In this document: positions 18,722 through 28,655 of the stretch, one piece after another
Numbering within the stretch: the first letter of the stretch is position 1
How the letters are laid out: the number at the start of each line of letters is the position of its first letter
Assembly (NCBI GenBank): GCA_032128375.1
Contig: JAQBGU010000107.1
Coordinates: forward strand, 32,001-96,000
Direction of reading: 5' to 3'
Length of the DNA: 64,000 nt
Origin: Deltaproteobacteria bacterium
GTDB taxonomy: Bacteria; Myxococcota_A; UBA9160; SMWR01
Notes under the pieces: model-generated
Database searches by the model: none
The model's input: the letters and a program-made list of their open reading frames with translations, nothing else
Told to the model about the DNA's origin: nothing
Position numbers and translations under genes: made by a program

Positions 18722-19359
18722 TCGCGGCGATCGTACCGGTGAAAGCACTGGGGTCGTCAAAGTCGCGGTTGTTTTCGGCCTTGGATCGAAAGTCGGTCGA
18801 ACGGCTGTCGATCGCGATGCTCGGCGATGTGGTCGATGCTCTGCTTTGCGTCGCGGCATTGGACCGCGTCGCGGTGGTCACGCCTGACCCCGAAGTCGCA
18901 GCCATCGTGCGACCGACGGCCGCCGAAGTGCTGTTACGCGACGTTCCGGGGCTGAACGCTTCGATTGACGATGCGTCGGCCACACTCGCTCCCGGACCCG
19001 ATGACGCGACACTGGTGGTGCTCGGCGACGTCGCGGGCGCGCGTTCCGACGATCTCTCGAAGCTGATCGACGCCTGCGCGCCGCGCGGAGTGGTGCTGGC
19101 TCCCTCGTCGGATGGGGGGACTTCTGCGCTGTTTCGGCGCCCCGCCAACGTGATCAAGTCCGGGTTTGGCGCAGACAGCGCAGCGGTGCACCGCAAGCTG
19201 GCCTGCGTCGCCGGCATACCCTTTTGTGAAGTCGCACTCGCGTCTCTCGCGATCGACATCGACGATCGCGAGGATCTCGTGAACTTCGCCAGACACGGGT
19301 GCGGCGGGCCGCGGACACGTGCGCTGCTCGCTGAACTCTTACCGGAGTTGATATCATGA
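18718..19359 (+). CDS. cofC: Phospholactate/PEP guanylyltransferase (F420 biosynthesis)
   Basis: IVPVK.L..SKSRL, GLNASI, DGGTSAL, FG.DSAAVH, DIDDREDL. Confidence 0.92.
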   Translation: MIAAIVPVKALGSSKSRLFSALDRKSVERLSIAMLGDVVDALLCVAALDRVAVVTPDPEVAAIVRPTAAEVLLRDVPGLNASIDDASATLAPGPDDATLVVLGDVAGARSDDLSKLIDACAPRGVVLAPSSDGGTSALFRRPANVIKSGFGADSAAVHRKLACVAGIPFCEVALASLAIDIDDREDLVNFARHGCGGPRTRALLAELLPELIS

Positions 19360-20114
19360 GCGTCGTACCCGGAGCGATCCACTTGATTCCGCTGCTCGGA
19401 ATCCCTGCCGTACAGCCCGGCGATGACCTCGCAGCGATGATTCGGACCGCCGCAGATGCGTGTGACATCCAGTTGAAAGATGGCGCATTGGTGGTCTGCC
19501 AGAAAATCGTGTCCAAGGCCGAGGGAAGGGTTGTCGCACTCGCCGACGTAGAACCCACTGAGGAGGCACTGAAGATCGCAGCCGAGGACGACCGCGATGC
19601 CAGACAGACCGAACTGGTGCTGCGCGAAACGAAGCGAATCGTCCGGCGCGGTCATGGGGTGCTGATCTCGGAAACCCGACATGGGTTCGTCTGTGCGAAT
19701 GCGGGACTGGATCTTTCCAACGCGGTCGCGCCAGACTCGGCCGTATTGCTGCCACTCGATCCCGATGCATCGGCGCGCAAGCTGCGCGACGCACTGATGA
19801 AAAATGGCGCCGGGCCGCTGGCTGTCATCGTGAGCGACACGTTCGGTCGGCCGTGGCGCGATGGACTGGTGGACGTCGCACTCGGAAGCGCCGGTATCGC
19901 GCCGATCATGGACTTGCGCGGCCAGACCGACCTGATCGGCCGCGAACTCGAAGTGACCGCCACGGCGACGTGCGACCAATTTGCCGCCGCCGCCGGGATC
20001 TTGATGCAAAAGGCCGCCGGCATCCCAGCCGTCTGGATCGAGGGCCACCCGATCGAAGGCGACGGAACCATTCGGGAGACGCTGCGCGACCCGAGCACAG
20101 ATTTGTTTCGATAG
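19356..20114 (+). CDS. cofE: Coenzyme F420-0:L-glutamate ligase
   Basis: GIPAVQPGDDL, QKIVSKAEGR, ETRHGFVCANAGLDLSN, SDTFGRPWRDG, DLFR terminus. Confidence 0.95.
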   Translation: MSVVPGAIHLIPLLGIPAVQPGDDLAAMIRTAADACDIQLKDGALVVCQKIVSKAEGRVVALADVEPTEEALKIAAEDDRDARQTELVLRETKRIVRRGHGVLISETRHGFVCANAGLDLSNAVAPDSAVLLPLDPDASARKLRDALMKNGAGPLAVIVSDTFGRPWRDGLVDVALGSAGIAPIMDLRGQTDLIGRELEVTATATCDQFAAAAGILMQKAAGIPAVWIEGHPIEGDGTIRETLRDPSTDLFR

Positions 20115-20186
20115 TTCGTGACAGCTGAAAATGATCGCTGAGCCAACAGCTTGGCCGCTGGCTTGGAACAGGGTCGTCGGAGCGGT

Positions 20187-21356
20187 TCATGGTTCGCGCT
20201 GCTGAGCCGCTTTCTTCAGCAGTACGTGGCCATAGTGTTCGCCGGCCGCATCGAGATCGAAGATCGTATGCGCGCTCATCATGTGAATGTCGCGATGAAT
20301 GCGTCCGAGTTCGCAATCTTGAAAATGTGCGCTCGCTCCACTCGCCTCCAAGATGTCGCGAATGACGTTGCGACAGTTCCGCACCACGTGCGCGATCTGC
20401 AGGCGCAGCGGCGCTACGACATGGCCCGAAGCCGTCTCGTCGCTTCGGCTGAAATCCTCGATCCGACAGGCCGCGGCACGCAACAGTGATTCTGCGGAAC
20501 TCACCTCCATGAAGGCGTGGGCGAGCCGAATCTGGTTCGGGAGCTTCTCGGCCTGAATCGTCGCGCTACCAAACAGCACGCGCTGCAACATGCGCTCGCG
20601 AAACAGCGTCAGCGCCCGCTTGGCACAGCCGACAGCTGGAATCGCTGCTGTGAGGGCCAGAAAAGGAATGATCGGATAGCGGTGCATCGAAGGCGAACCA
20701 ATCGGTCTGGCGTGCTCGAACGATGGCAGTGGGAGCGAAACGTGGCTGCTTGGAACGTAGACTGCTTCGACGACCATGTCGTGGCTTCCCGTCGCCGCCA
20801 TGCCGTCCACATGCCAGGTATCTGGTGCTTTCACTTTTTCGCGGGGCAACAGGAATGTTCGCGGTACGCGTTCATCCTCCGAATCGATGCGACCCGATAG
20901 CAACACCCAATCCGCGTGCACGATGCCGGTGCCGAACTTCCAGCGGCCCGACAGTTCGTACCCGCCGTCGACCGGCTTGGCGAGACCCGTCGGCCCGACG
21001 CCGCCCGGCGCGAGGATGAACGCTTGTCGAGCGAAGATCTCCGCCTGCAGTTCATCTGCGAAGCGCACCAGCGCCCAGTTGTGCTCCATGTAGAACGTGG
21101 TGATCCATCCGGTCGAAGCGCAGGCTTCGCTGACGATGAGGCCGATGTCGATGAAAGTCTCCAGATCGATCTCGTACCCACCGAAGTGCCTGGGGACGAA
21201 CGACTTGAAAACGCCCGTGGCCTTGAGCGCATCGATCACTTCGTCCTCGGGCTGTCGCGAGCGTTCGGCCTCGAATGACCGCTGCGAGATGAGCGGAGCC
21301 AGCGCCTTCACTCGCTCCACGAGGCCTTCAGCCGAAGTTTCGATGGCGACACTCAT
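20187..21356 (-). CDS. Acyl-CoA dehydrogenase-fold flavin-dependent monooxygenase (HsaA-like)
   Basis: ACASTGW, LSGRWKFGTGIVHADW, DTWHVDGMAATGSHD, RIHRDIH. Confidence 0.85.
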   Translation of the reverse strand: MSVAIETSAEGLVERVKALAPLISQRSFEAERSRQPEDEVIDALKATGVFKSFVPRHFGGYEIDLETFIDIGLIVSEACASTGWITTFYMEHNWALVRFADELQAEIFARQAFILAPGGVGPTGLAKPVDGGYELSGRWKFGTGIVHADWVLLSGRIDSEDERVPRTFLLPREKVKAPDTWHVDGMAATGSHDMVVEAVYVPSSHVSLPLPSFEHARPIGSPSMHRYPIIPFLALTAAIPAVGCAKRALTLFRERMLQRVLFGSATIQAEKLPNQIRLAHAFMEVSSAESLLRAAACRIEDFSRSDETASGHVVAPLRLQIAHVVRNCRNVIRDILEASGASAHFQDCELGRIHRDIHMMSAHTIFDLDAAGEHYGHVLLKKAAQQREP

Positions 21357-21434
21357 TCTGGACACGAGCCTCTCCCTGGGTCTCCCCGCAAGCCGCCCAC
21401 GACATCCACAGCTACCACAGCCGTCGGCCAACGT

Positions 21435-22043
21435 TCAAGGCCGCGTGACGGCTCTCCAGAGTTCCCCCAGACCCGTCTTCTGACTGGCCGAAGTGGGGAT
21501 GACTCGAGTTGCCGGCAATTCGATCGACTCTTTCATCGCTCGGATGCGGGCGGCGCGTCGCATCGGTTTGAGCTTGTCGATCTTCGTGATTGCGAGCACG
21601 ATCGGGATCTCTCGCTCGGCGAGCCAGTCGATCAGAAGTGTCTCGTCTTCGGATACGTCGCGCCGGATATCTTGCAGCAGCACCGCCGACGTCAGCGTGG
21701 AACGGCCGTCGAGGTAGGACTCGACCAGGCCCTGCCAGCGCTTCCGCTCGAGCTTACTCACCCGCGCGTAGCCATAACCGGGCAGGTCGACCAACAACGC
21801 CTGGTGGCTCGCCGCTCGGTCGCTGTTGCCCGCGCTGTACCGGACCTGGTACCAGTGAATCAATCTCGTTTTGCCCGGTGAACTGCTGGTACGGGCCAGT
21901 TTCTTGCGGTTCACCAGCGCGTTGAGCAGGCTCGACTTGCCGACGTTCGAACGCCCCAAGAAGGCGACTTCGGGCGCCGACGGGTTTGGAAAACCGTCCA
22001 GGGCTGCGGCCGTAGCGTGCCATTTCGCTTCGAGAACCCTCAC
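21435..22043 (-). CDS. engB: Ribosome biogenesis GTPase EngB/YihA/YsxC
   Basis: PEVAFLGRSNVGKSSLLN, TSSSPGKTRLI, VDLPGYGYA, TKIDK; GTG start overlaps the upstream stop. Confidence 0.95.
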   Translation of the reverse strand: MRVLEAKWHATAAALDGFPNPSAPEVAFLGRSNVGKSSLLNALVNRKKLARTSSSPGKTRLIHWYQVRYSAGNSDRAASHQALLVDLPGYGYARVSKLERKRWQGLVESYLDGRSTLTSAVLLQDIRRDVSEDETLLIDWLAEREIPIVLAITKIDKLKPMRRAARIRAMKESIELPATRVIPTSASQKTGLGELWRAVTRP

Positions 22044-23206
22044 GACAGCGTCGGCAGCACGCGTCCGATCCGGTCCAACGCCTCGGCGATTGCGGATTCG
22101 GAATTCGCGTACGAAAAGCGCAACCAACCTTCGCCGGCATCGCCAAAATCGACTCCGGGCGCGACGCCGACATTCGCGCGATCGAGCAACGTGTAGGCAA
22201 GGGCCAGCGAGTCCGAGCCGAATCGCCGGGCGTCTGCAAACACGTAGAACGCGCCCATGGGATCGACCGGTACTTCGAACCCCAATGATCGCAAGCCATC
22301 GATCAGGATGCGCCGGCGCCTCGCATACGCGTCGACCATCCCCTTGAGTACCCGACCACGCGTCCGGCCCTCGTCGCGCAGGACTGCGATCCCGGCGTGC
22401 TGAACGAAGCTGTTGGCCGAAATGAACAGATTCTGCTGCAGGGTCTGAACCAGCCGTTGCGCGGGCTCTGGAACGATCGCGTAACCGAGCCGGAACCCCG
22501 TCATCGCGTAACGTTTCGAAAAACCGTCCAGCACGTACGCATCGTCTGTGACCGCCAGCGCCGTTGTCACACGCGCAGCGTCGTACAAAAGGCCGTCATA
22601 GATTTCGTCCGAAATAATCGGGAGCCCAAGTTCGGCCAGTGCGCGAAGCGTCTGTTCGCTTTGGACCGCACCGGTGGGGTTTGCGGGAGACCCCACGACG
22701 ATCGCACGCGTCCGAGGCGTGATGGCGGCGCGAACCCTGTCAACATCCAGTTCGTAGCCGGTGGAGGGCTCGCAGCGGACCAGCACCGGCGTACCGCCGC
22801 TGATTCGAATGAAGTTCGGATAACAGGGGTAGTGGGGGGTACCCAGGATGACCTCGTCTCCAACATCGACGAGCAGCGAGAAAATCAGCACGAGCGCCGA
22901 CGACGTGCCGCCCGTGACGATCACGCGCCCCGCATCGATACCGACTCCGAATCGACGCTGATAGTCTTCGGCGATCGCTTCGCGAAGCTCCGCCAGCCCC
23001 CGGCTGTCGGTATAGTGGGTCTCGCCCGACTCGATCGCTTCTGTGCACGCTCGCAGCGCAGCCGGATGAGCTGGAAAATCCGGTTCGCCGATCTCGAGGT
23101 GGATGACGTCCACCCCATCGCGTTCCATGGCTTGCGCGCGCTCCATGACCTCCATAGCCAGGAACGGTCGAATGTTGTCGGTACGCGGCGAAAAGCGCTG
23201 GCCCAT
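22040..23206 (-). CDS. Class I/II PLP-dependent aminotransferase (aspartate aminotransferase-like)
   Basis: LEIGEPDF, YTDSRGLAELRE, SPANPTG, ISDEIY, GFSKRYAMTGFRLG. Confidence 0.92.
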   Translation of the reverse strand: MGQRFSPRTDNIRPFLAMEVMERAQAMERDGVDVIHLEIGEPDFPAHPAALRACTEAIESGETHYTDSRGLAELREAIAEDYQRRFGVGIDAGRVIVTGGTSSALVLIFSLLVDVGDEVILGTPHYPCYPNFIRISGGTPVLVRCEPSTGYELDVDRVRAAITPRTRAIVVGSPANPTGAVQSEQTLRALAELGLPIISDEIYDGLLYDAARVTTALAVTDDAYVLDGFSKRYAMTGFRLGYAIVPEPAQRLVQTLQQNLFISANSFVQHAGIAVLRDEGRTRGRVLKGMVDAYARRRRILIDGLRSLGFEVPVDPMGAFYVFADARRFGSDSLALAYTLLDRANVGVAPGVDFGDAGEGWLRFSYANSESAIAEALDRIGRVLPTLS

Positions 23207-23481
23207 GGCGATCCCGGTTAGCTCAGGTCCGAATTGTGTCAAGCGCGGCCGTCGCGAGTTTGGATGAATCGCCTGGGCGCGAACTGCCCAGCAACGCTTT
23301 GGCGCGTGGCGCGCGAGCCCGTGTTCTTCCCGCAAGTATCCGATTCTCGTCGCTTTCGTGGCCATCGCGGTTTGCCCGGGAGCCAGTGCGTGATACCTTG
23401 CTTGACGGCCAGCTGGCTCGACACCGCGGCGCAATTTCGAGCCAACAGCAATTCAACGCCACGCCAACAGGAAACGCGCAT

Positions 23482-23931
23482 ATGTCCAAGGGCATTCAGA
23501 TAGCCATCGGTGCGACCGTGATTGCGGCGCTATTCGGCTGGTACGGGGCGACGACCCTGAAAGCGAACGCGTCGTTTGCCTATTTCGAGAGCCTCGAGGA
23601 TTTCCAATCTGCGGGGAGCAGCATGGATGGCGCGCACGCTCGCGTCCACGGCTACGTGGCGAATGAATCGATTCGACGCGACGTCGCCGCAAAGGAAGTC
23701 TGGTTCCAGGTCCAAAACGACCCGCCGCACGCGGGTGGCGCTCCCGGCCTCACCCTCGAAGTCGTGCTGGCCAGCCTCGAGACGCCGGACCTGTTCAAGG
23801 ACGGCGCCGAAGTGGTCCTCGAGGGCGTGCTGGTCGCCAACGGCTCGCGGACCACATTCGAAGCGGACAAAGTCCTGGCGAAGTGCCCCTCCAAATTCGA
23901 AGCCAAGGCGGCCGAGTCGGCGGCGCTCTGA
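23482..23931 (+). CDS. ccmE: Cytochrome c maturation heme chaperone CcmE, Cys type
   Basis: N-terminal TM helix, OB fold, PDLFKDGAEVVLEG, FEADKVLAKCPSKF. Confidence 0.9.
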   Translation: MSKGIQIAIGATVIAALFGWYGATTLKANASFAYFESLEDFQSAGSSMDGAHARVHGYVANESIRRDVAAKEVWFQVQNDPPHAGGAPGLTLEVVLASLETPDLFKDGAEVVLEGVLVANGSRTTFEADKVLAKCPSKFEAKAAESAAL

Positions 23932-24042
23932 AACGAACCAGCAGGGGTCTGTCGGACCTTTCTCAGTCATGCCGCGGAACCTGATCCGCGATGCGGCATC
24001 CACAGCGACGAATACACTGACGTATTCATTTAGAGGAACTCA

Positions 24043-26005
24043 ATGGCTGACGTCGGAGGCTACGCCCTTCGCTTTGCACTGATGATCGCGACGCTCGGCT
24101 TTGGCACTGCGATATATGCCGGCACGCAACGAAAAGCCGAGTGGACCCGAGTTTCGGAGCGAAGCCTCTGGCTCGTGTTCGGCTGCGCAACGCTGGCGAT
24201 CCTCGCGTTGCTCAATGCGTTCGCAACCTTCGACTACGGGCTCGCGTACGTCGCGCAGCACTCTGCTCGCAGCATGGCAATCCAATACCGGCTGAGCGCG
24301 CTATGGGGCGGTCAAGCCGGCTCACTGCTGCTGTGGTTGTGGATGCTATTGGCCTACGGCTCTGTGTGCCTCTGGTTCAACCGCGACAAGAACCGAACCT
24401 TGATGCCCTGGGTCGTCGCGGTGCTATTGGCCAATGCGATTTTTTTTTCTGGTGTTGGTCAACTTCATCACCGACCCGTTCGAACGACTGGCTCCCGCCG
24501 ATGTCGCGTCGGACGGGGCGGGCTTGAACCCACTGCTGCAACACCCGGTGATGATGATTCACCCGATCATGCTGTACACCGGATTGGTCGGATTCGTGAT
24601 CCCGTTTGCGTTTGCGTTCGCCGCGTTGGCAACCGGCGAGCTAGGGACCCATTGGTTTCGCACGACGCGTCGCTGGACGCTGTTCCCGTGGTTGTTTCTG
24701 AGCATCGGGATCATGCTCGGCGGGCGCTGGGCATACGAAGTGCTCGGTTGGGGCGGCTATTGGGCGTGGGACCCGGTCGAAAACGCATCCTTCATGCCGT
24801 GGCTACCCGCGACGGCATTCCTGCATTCGGTGATGATCCAGGAAAAGCGCAACATGTTGAAGACCTGGAACCTGTTGCTGATCGGTCTCACCTACACGCT
24901 GTGTTTGTTCGGAACATTTCTCACCCGCAGCGGAATCGTTCAATCGGTGCACGCGTTCGCGCAATCGCCCATCTTTGTGTCGGTGTTCCTCGGCTATGTG
25001 CTGGTATCGGCCGCAGTTTTTCTGATCGCCCTGTTTCTGCGCCGAGGCGAAATCCGCAGCCCCAATCGGATCGAGTCCTATGTGTCTCGCGAGGCGAGCT
25101 TTCTGCTCAACAACTGGGTGTTCATTTCGCTGCTGCTGTGGATCTTCACCGGAACCTTGTTCCCGGTCGTGTCCGAGGCCGTGCAGGGCGACCGCATCGC
25201 TGTCGGCCCGGGGTTCTTCCCGATCATGGCGGGGCCGCTCGCGCTGTTTCTGCTGCTGTTGACCGGCATCGGCCCGTTGATTGCCTGGCGACGCGCATCT
25301 CCATCGAGCTTGAAGAAGCAGTTCCGATGGCCCGCGCTGACGGGCCTGGTCATCGCCGGGTGTGCGATCGCATTTCTGGGGGCGAGCGCGGACTTCTACC
25401 CCGTACTGGTTTGGGGGCTCGGTTCGTTCGCTGTCGCGACGATCGTGCAGGAGTACTGGCTGGCGATTCGGGCGCGGGTTCGCAAGGGACAGGAAAACAC
25501 ACTGCAGGCATTTCGGGCGCTGCTGCGCAAGAACCAACAGCGCTACGGCGGCTACATCGTACACCTCGGCGCCGTGCTGATCATCGTCGGGATGGCGGGG
25601 TCGGTGTATGACGACGAGCGCCTGGAAAACCTGAAGACGGGTGGCGAATTCGAGATCGGCGCCTACCGGCTGCAGTATCTCACCGCGAACGCGATTCCCG
25701 AGCAGCATTACGGCGGTGCCATCGCGCGACTCGCGCTCTACCGAGACGATCAGCCACTGGCCGTAATGACTCCCGAGAAGCGGATGTACTGGCTCGAGGA
25801 GCAACCGGCTTCCATACCGTCGATTTATTCAACGCTCCGAGAGGACCTCTACGTAACGCTGACTGCCATCGAGTCCGACGGTTCAGCCACATTCAAGGTC
25901 TACTGCAACCCGCTGGTCAACTGGATTTGGTTCGGCGGATTGATCTTCGTGCTCGGTTCGATCGCAGTCATGTGGCCGCACCCGGACCGAAAACCCGCGC
26001 AATGA
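24043..26005 (+). CDS. ccmF: Cytochrome c biogenesis heme lyase CcmF, with an apparent +1 frameshift at T9 (24440-24448)
   Basis: Frame 1 has YVAQHS and ALWGGQAGSLLLW; frame 2 has GLNPLLQHP.M.IHP, GGRWAYEVLGWGGYWAWDPVENASFMPW, TFLTRSGIVQSVHAF. Removing one T gives a ~653-aa protein. Confidence 0.93.
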
Positions 26006-27930
26006 AATGGCTATGCGGGGGATCGGGTCCGGCGCGCAGCGGATTCGAACGACAGCTTCGAGTGACACTGATCGTGTGGATCAGCTGGATGTGTGTTGTG
26101 GTCGGTTCCGATTCAGCAATCGGGCAGCCAGCATCGCCACACGCGGGAGCCAACGTTGCGGGTGGAGGGAAATCGGGTGTCCCGGATGTGCCCGCCGGAG
26201 CAGCCAGTATTCGCGGTCGCATCGTGCACGAGACGAATCCGGCTGCAGTCGCCGGAGTTCCGATCGTCTTGTATTCGCTGAGCCCGGATGGGTCGCCCGG
26301 ACTGCGTGGCATGGTCTCGGACGCCGGCGGAGAGTTTGCATTCGAGCGCGTCTCCGACGATGCATCGATTGTTTATCTGGTGGGTGCCCGCTACCGGGAG
26401 GTGCCGTTCGGAGTCCGGCTGTCGTTCAATCCGGGCGAGACGGATCGCGTCGTCGAACTCACAATCGGTGATCCGACCACTGACAACGCCGATGCCCGGG
26501 TCGCCGACGTGCTGATTCGCGTAGACCAGGGCTGCGACGGCTTGCTGGTCAAGGAATCGCACAGCCTCGAAAACACCGGCGATCTCGTCATCTATGTCCC
26601 GGAGTCCGAGCGAGCCGGTCGGCCACCGATCCTGCAGGTCCCCGTGCCAGCGGGAGCAACACATCTCGAAAGCACCATCGGAGATAGCCTCGATTGGGAT
26701 GGGAAGACGATCTCGTACTGGGGCCCGCTGCGACCCGGTCGCGAAGAATTCGAGTTCTCCTACGGAATTCCCGGAGGCAACGGAGCGGTCGAAATGACCC
26801 ACAGCTTTCCGAGTGGTGTGGGTCGTGTGCGCGCATTCAGCCACGCACAGGGGCCCATTCTCAGCTCGTCCGGGAGTGATGTGCGCCTCGAATCGGCTCC
26901 ATCACTCGTTCTGAATGGGGGGTCGTACCCGCTCCTCGAGACGACAGACCTGGCTCCCGGTAAAACGCTCGTGCTGCGTGCCGAGCTGCGTCCAGTGGTC
27001 GCGGCATCCGGGGAAGTCGTCAACGAGGAAACCCGGATCTGGCTCGAACTGGACGGCGCGGCGCTGACTATCGACGAACAGCACCATTTGTCAGTGGCGG
27101 GCAGTGAGCCACTCGTTTCGGATTCCGGGGCGCCGCTTTTGTGCCTCGATCTCGATCCGGCGGCTGAGCAGTTGCGGTTTTCGAATCAAGCGCTCGCCCT
27201 CGGACTATCGCGCGACCCATCCGGCGCACTCGCAGTGCGGGGGCCGGTTCCGGCCGGGCCAACCACGTTTTCGATCCGATACCGCATCCCGGTGTCGGGC
27301 GATGTCGTCGAGTTCGCGCGCGAGTTTCCATTCGAGGTGCCGTTGCTGTCGTTCATGGTGGCCGACACGGGCTTGGTCATCGAAACACGAGATCTCCACC
27401 GCCGCAGGCCGATCCTCACCGAGGACCGCAAGTACCTGCACCTCGAGGGGTTTGGGATCGCTCCCGGTAAAGAGGTTCGGATCAGCGTGGAGCCGCTCGC
27501 GCTGCGCCGGCCGATGACGCAGTGGGCGTCCGCGAGTCTCGCTGTTGTGGTCGGCCTGCTGGCCATCGGCTTCCTGACCGTGCCGCTTCGGGATGCCGCG
27601 GGCAAGCAATCCGAGCCGATACCCAGTCACTACGCCGAGGAGCGACAGAGCGTGCTGGCATCCCTTCGCAGCCTCGAAGACGACTTCGAAACCGGCAAGT
27701 TGACTGAAGCCGACTACCAGGAACTTCGACAGCAGCTCCGATCCACTGCGGTGTCGCTGCTCTCGCAGGAGCGCAAGAACGCTCTCACTCAGAAGCATGC
27801 CCATACCCCTGTGGCGCCCGCGCAGTCGTGTGGCGACTGCGGAGCTGGACTGGCGCCAGACGCGCTCTTCTGTTCGAGATGTGGGACGAGGGTCAGCGAG
27901 GAGTCGCCGAGCGCGGGAAACAGCGAGTGA
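26002..27930 (+). CDS. Unknown membrane-anchored protein in the ccm operon (Ig-like periplasmic part, TM, CcmI-like helix, C-terminal Zn ribbon)
   Basis: ATGA overlap with ccmF and GTGA overlap with ccmA; LRSLEDDFETGKLTEADYQELR resembles a CcmI N-terminal segment; CGDC...FCSRCG. Confidence 0.75.
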   Translation: MKWLCGGSGPARSGFERQLRVTLIVWISWMCVVVGSDSAIGQPASPHAGANVAGGGKSGVPDVPAGAASIRGRIVHETNPAAVAGVPIVLYSLSPDGSPGLRGMVSDAGGEFAFERVSDDASIVYLVGARYREVPFGVRLSFNPGETDRVVELTIGDPTTDNADARVADVLIRVDQGCDGLLVKESHSLENTGDLVIYVPESERAGRPPILQVPVPAGATHLESTIGDSLDWDGKTISYWGPLRPGREEFEFSYGIPGGNGAVEMTHSFPSGVGRVRAFSHAQGPILSSSGSDVRLESAPSLVLNGGSYPLLETTDLAPGKTLVLRAELRPVVAASGEVVNEETRIWLELDGAALTIDEQHHLSVAGSEPLVSDSGAPLLCLDLDPAAEQLRFSNQALALGLSRDPSGALAVRGPVPAGPTTFSIRYRIPVSGDVVEFAREFPFEVPLLSFMVADTGLVIETRDLHRRRPILTEDRKYLHLEGFGIAPGKEVRISVEPLALRRPMTQWASASLAVVVGLLAIGFLTVPLRDAAGKQSEPIPSHYAEERQSVLASLRSLEDDFETGKLTEADYQELRQQLRSTAVSLLSQERKNALTQKHAHTPVAPAQSCGDCGAGLAPDALFCSRCGTRVSEESPSAGNSE

Positions 27931-28655
27931 CCCCTGTGGTCAGCGCCAAGAAACTCGGCAAGAGATTCGGAAGAACCGTCGGTCTTGCGACGTTCGATCT
28001 CGAGCTTGCAAAGGGCGTGAGTCTCGCGCTGCTCGGCCCGAATGGGGCTGGCAAGTCCACACTACTCCGACTGATTGCAGGGTTGGCGCGGCCGACGTCG
28101 GGCTCTCTCGATATCGACGGTGTATCCGCCCACAAGGGAGCTGCTCGCGCGAAAGTCGGCTACATCGGCCACGCAAGCCATCTCTACCCAGACTTGACCG
28201 CGCGCGAGAACCTGATCTTCGCCGCCAAACTTCACGGCGTGGGTGACCCGGCCGCACGCGCGACGCAATTGCTGGCCGAAGAGGGGCTCGAACGCGCCGC
28301 TGACCGCCAAACCCGCGGATTCTCGCGCGGAATGGCACAACGGCTCGCGATCGCGCGCGGATTGATCCAGGAGCCCGAAATCGTGCTGCTCGACGAGCCC
28401 TTCGCCGGCCTCGACGGGCGCTCCTCGGAACGCTTGGAGCAGAGGATCGAAAAATTGCGAGAGATCCGCTGCACACTCGTGTTGGTCTCACACGACATCG
28501 CGCTGACGGCGCGACTTGCGGATGCGGCCATCGTGCTGGCAGCAGGCAGCGTGCGCCACACTTTCGGCTCGCCGGACGGCCAACCCTCGAGCGGTCTCGA
28601 CCCCGCGGCATTGGAGTGCGCGTACAACGACGCGTCGGATGCCGGTCGCCCATGA
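27927..28655 (+). CDS. ccmA: Heme ABC exporter ATP-binding subunit
   Basis: GPNGAGKST, LYPDLTARENL, FSRGMAQRLAIAR, LLDEPF; ccm context. Confidence 0.9.
   Translation: MTPVVSAKKLGKRFGRTVGLATFDLELAKGVSLALLGPNGAGKSTLLRLIAGLARPTSGSLDIDGVSAHKGAARAKVGYIGHASHLYPDLTARENLIFAAKLHGVGDPAARATQLLAEEGLERAADRQTRGFSRGMAQRLAIARGLIQEPEIVLLDEPFAGLDGRSSERLEQRIEKLREIRCTLVLVSHDIALTARLADAAIVLAAGSVRHTFGSPDGQPSSGLDPAALECAYNDASDAGRP

Noticed and set aside
24450..25611. C-terminal ~390 aa of the 522-aa ORF 24043..25611 as a separate protein
   Set aside because: Out-of-frame read-through after the ccmF frameshift; Arg/Gly-rich with no protein-like features.
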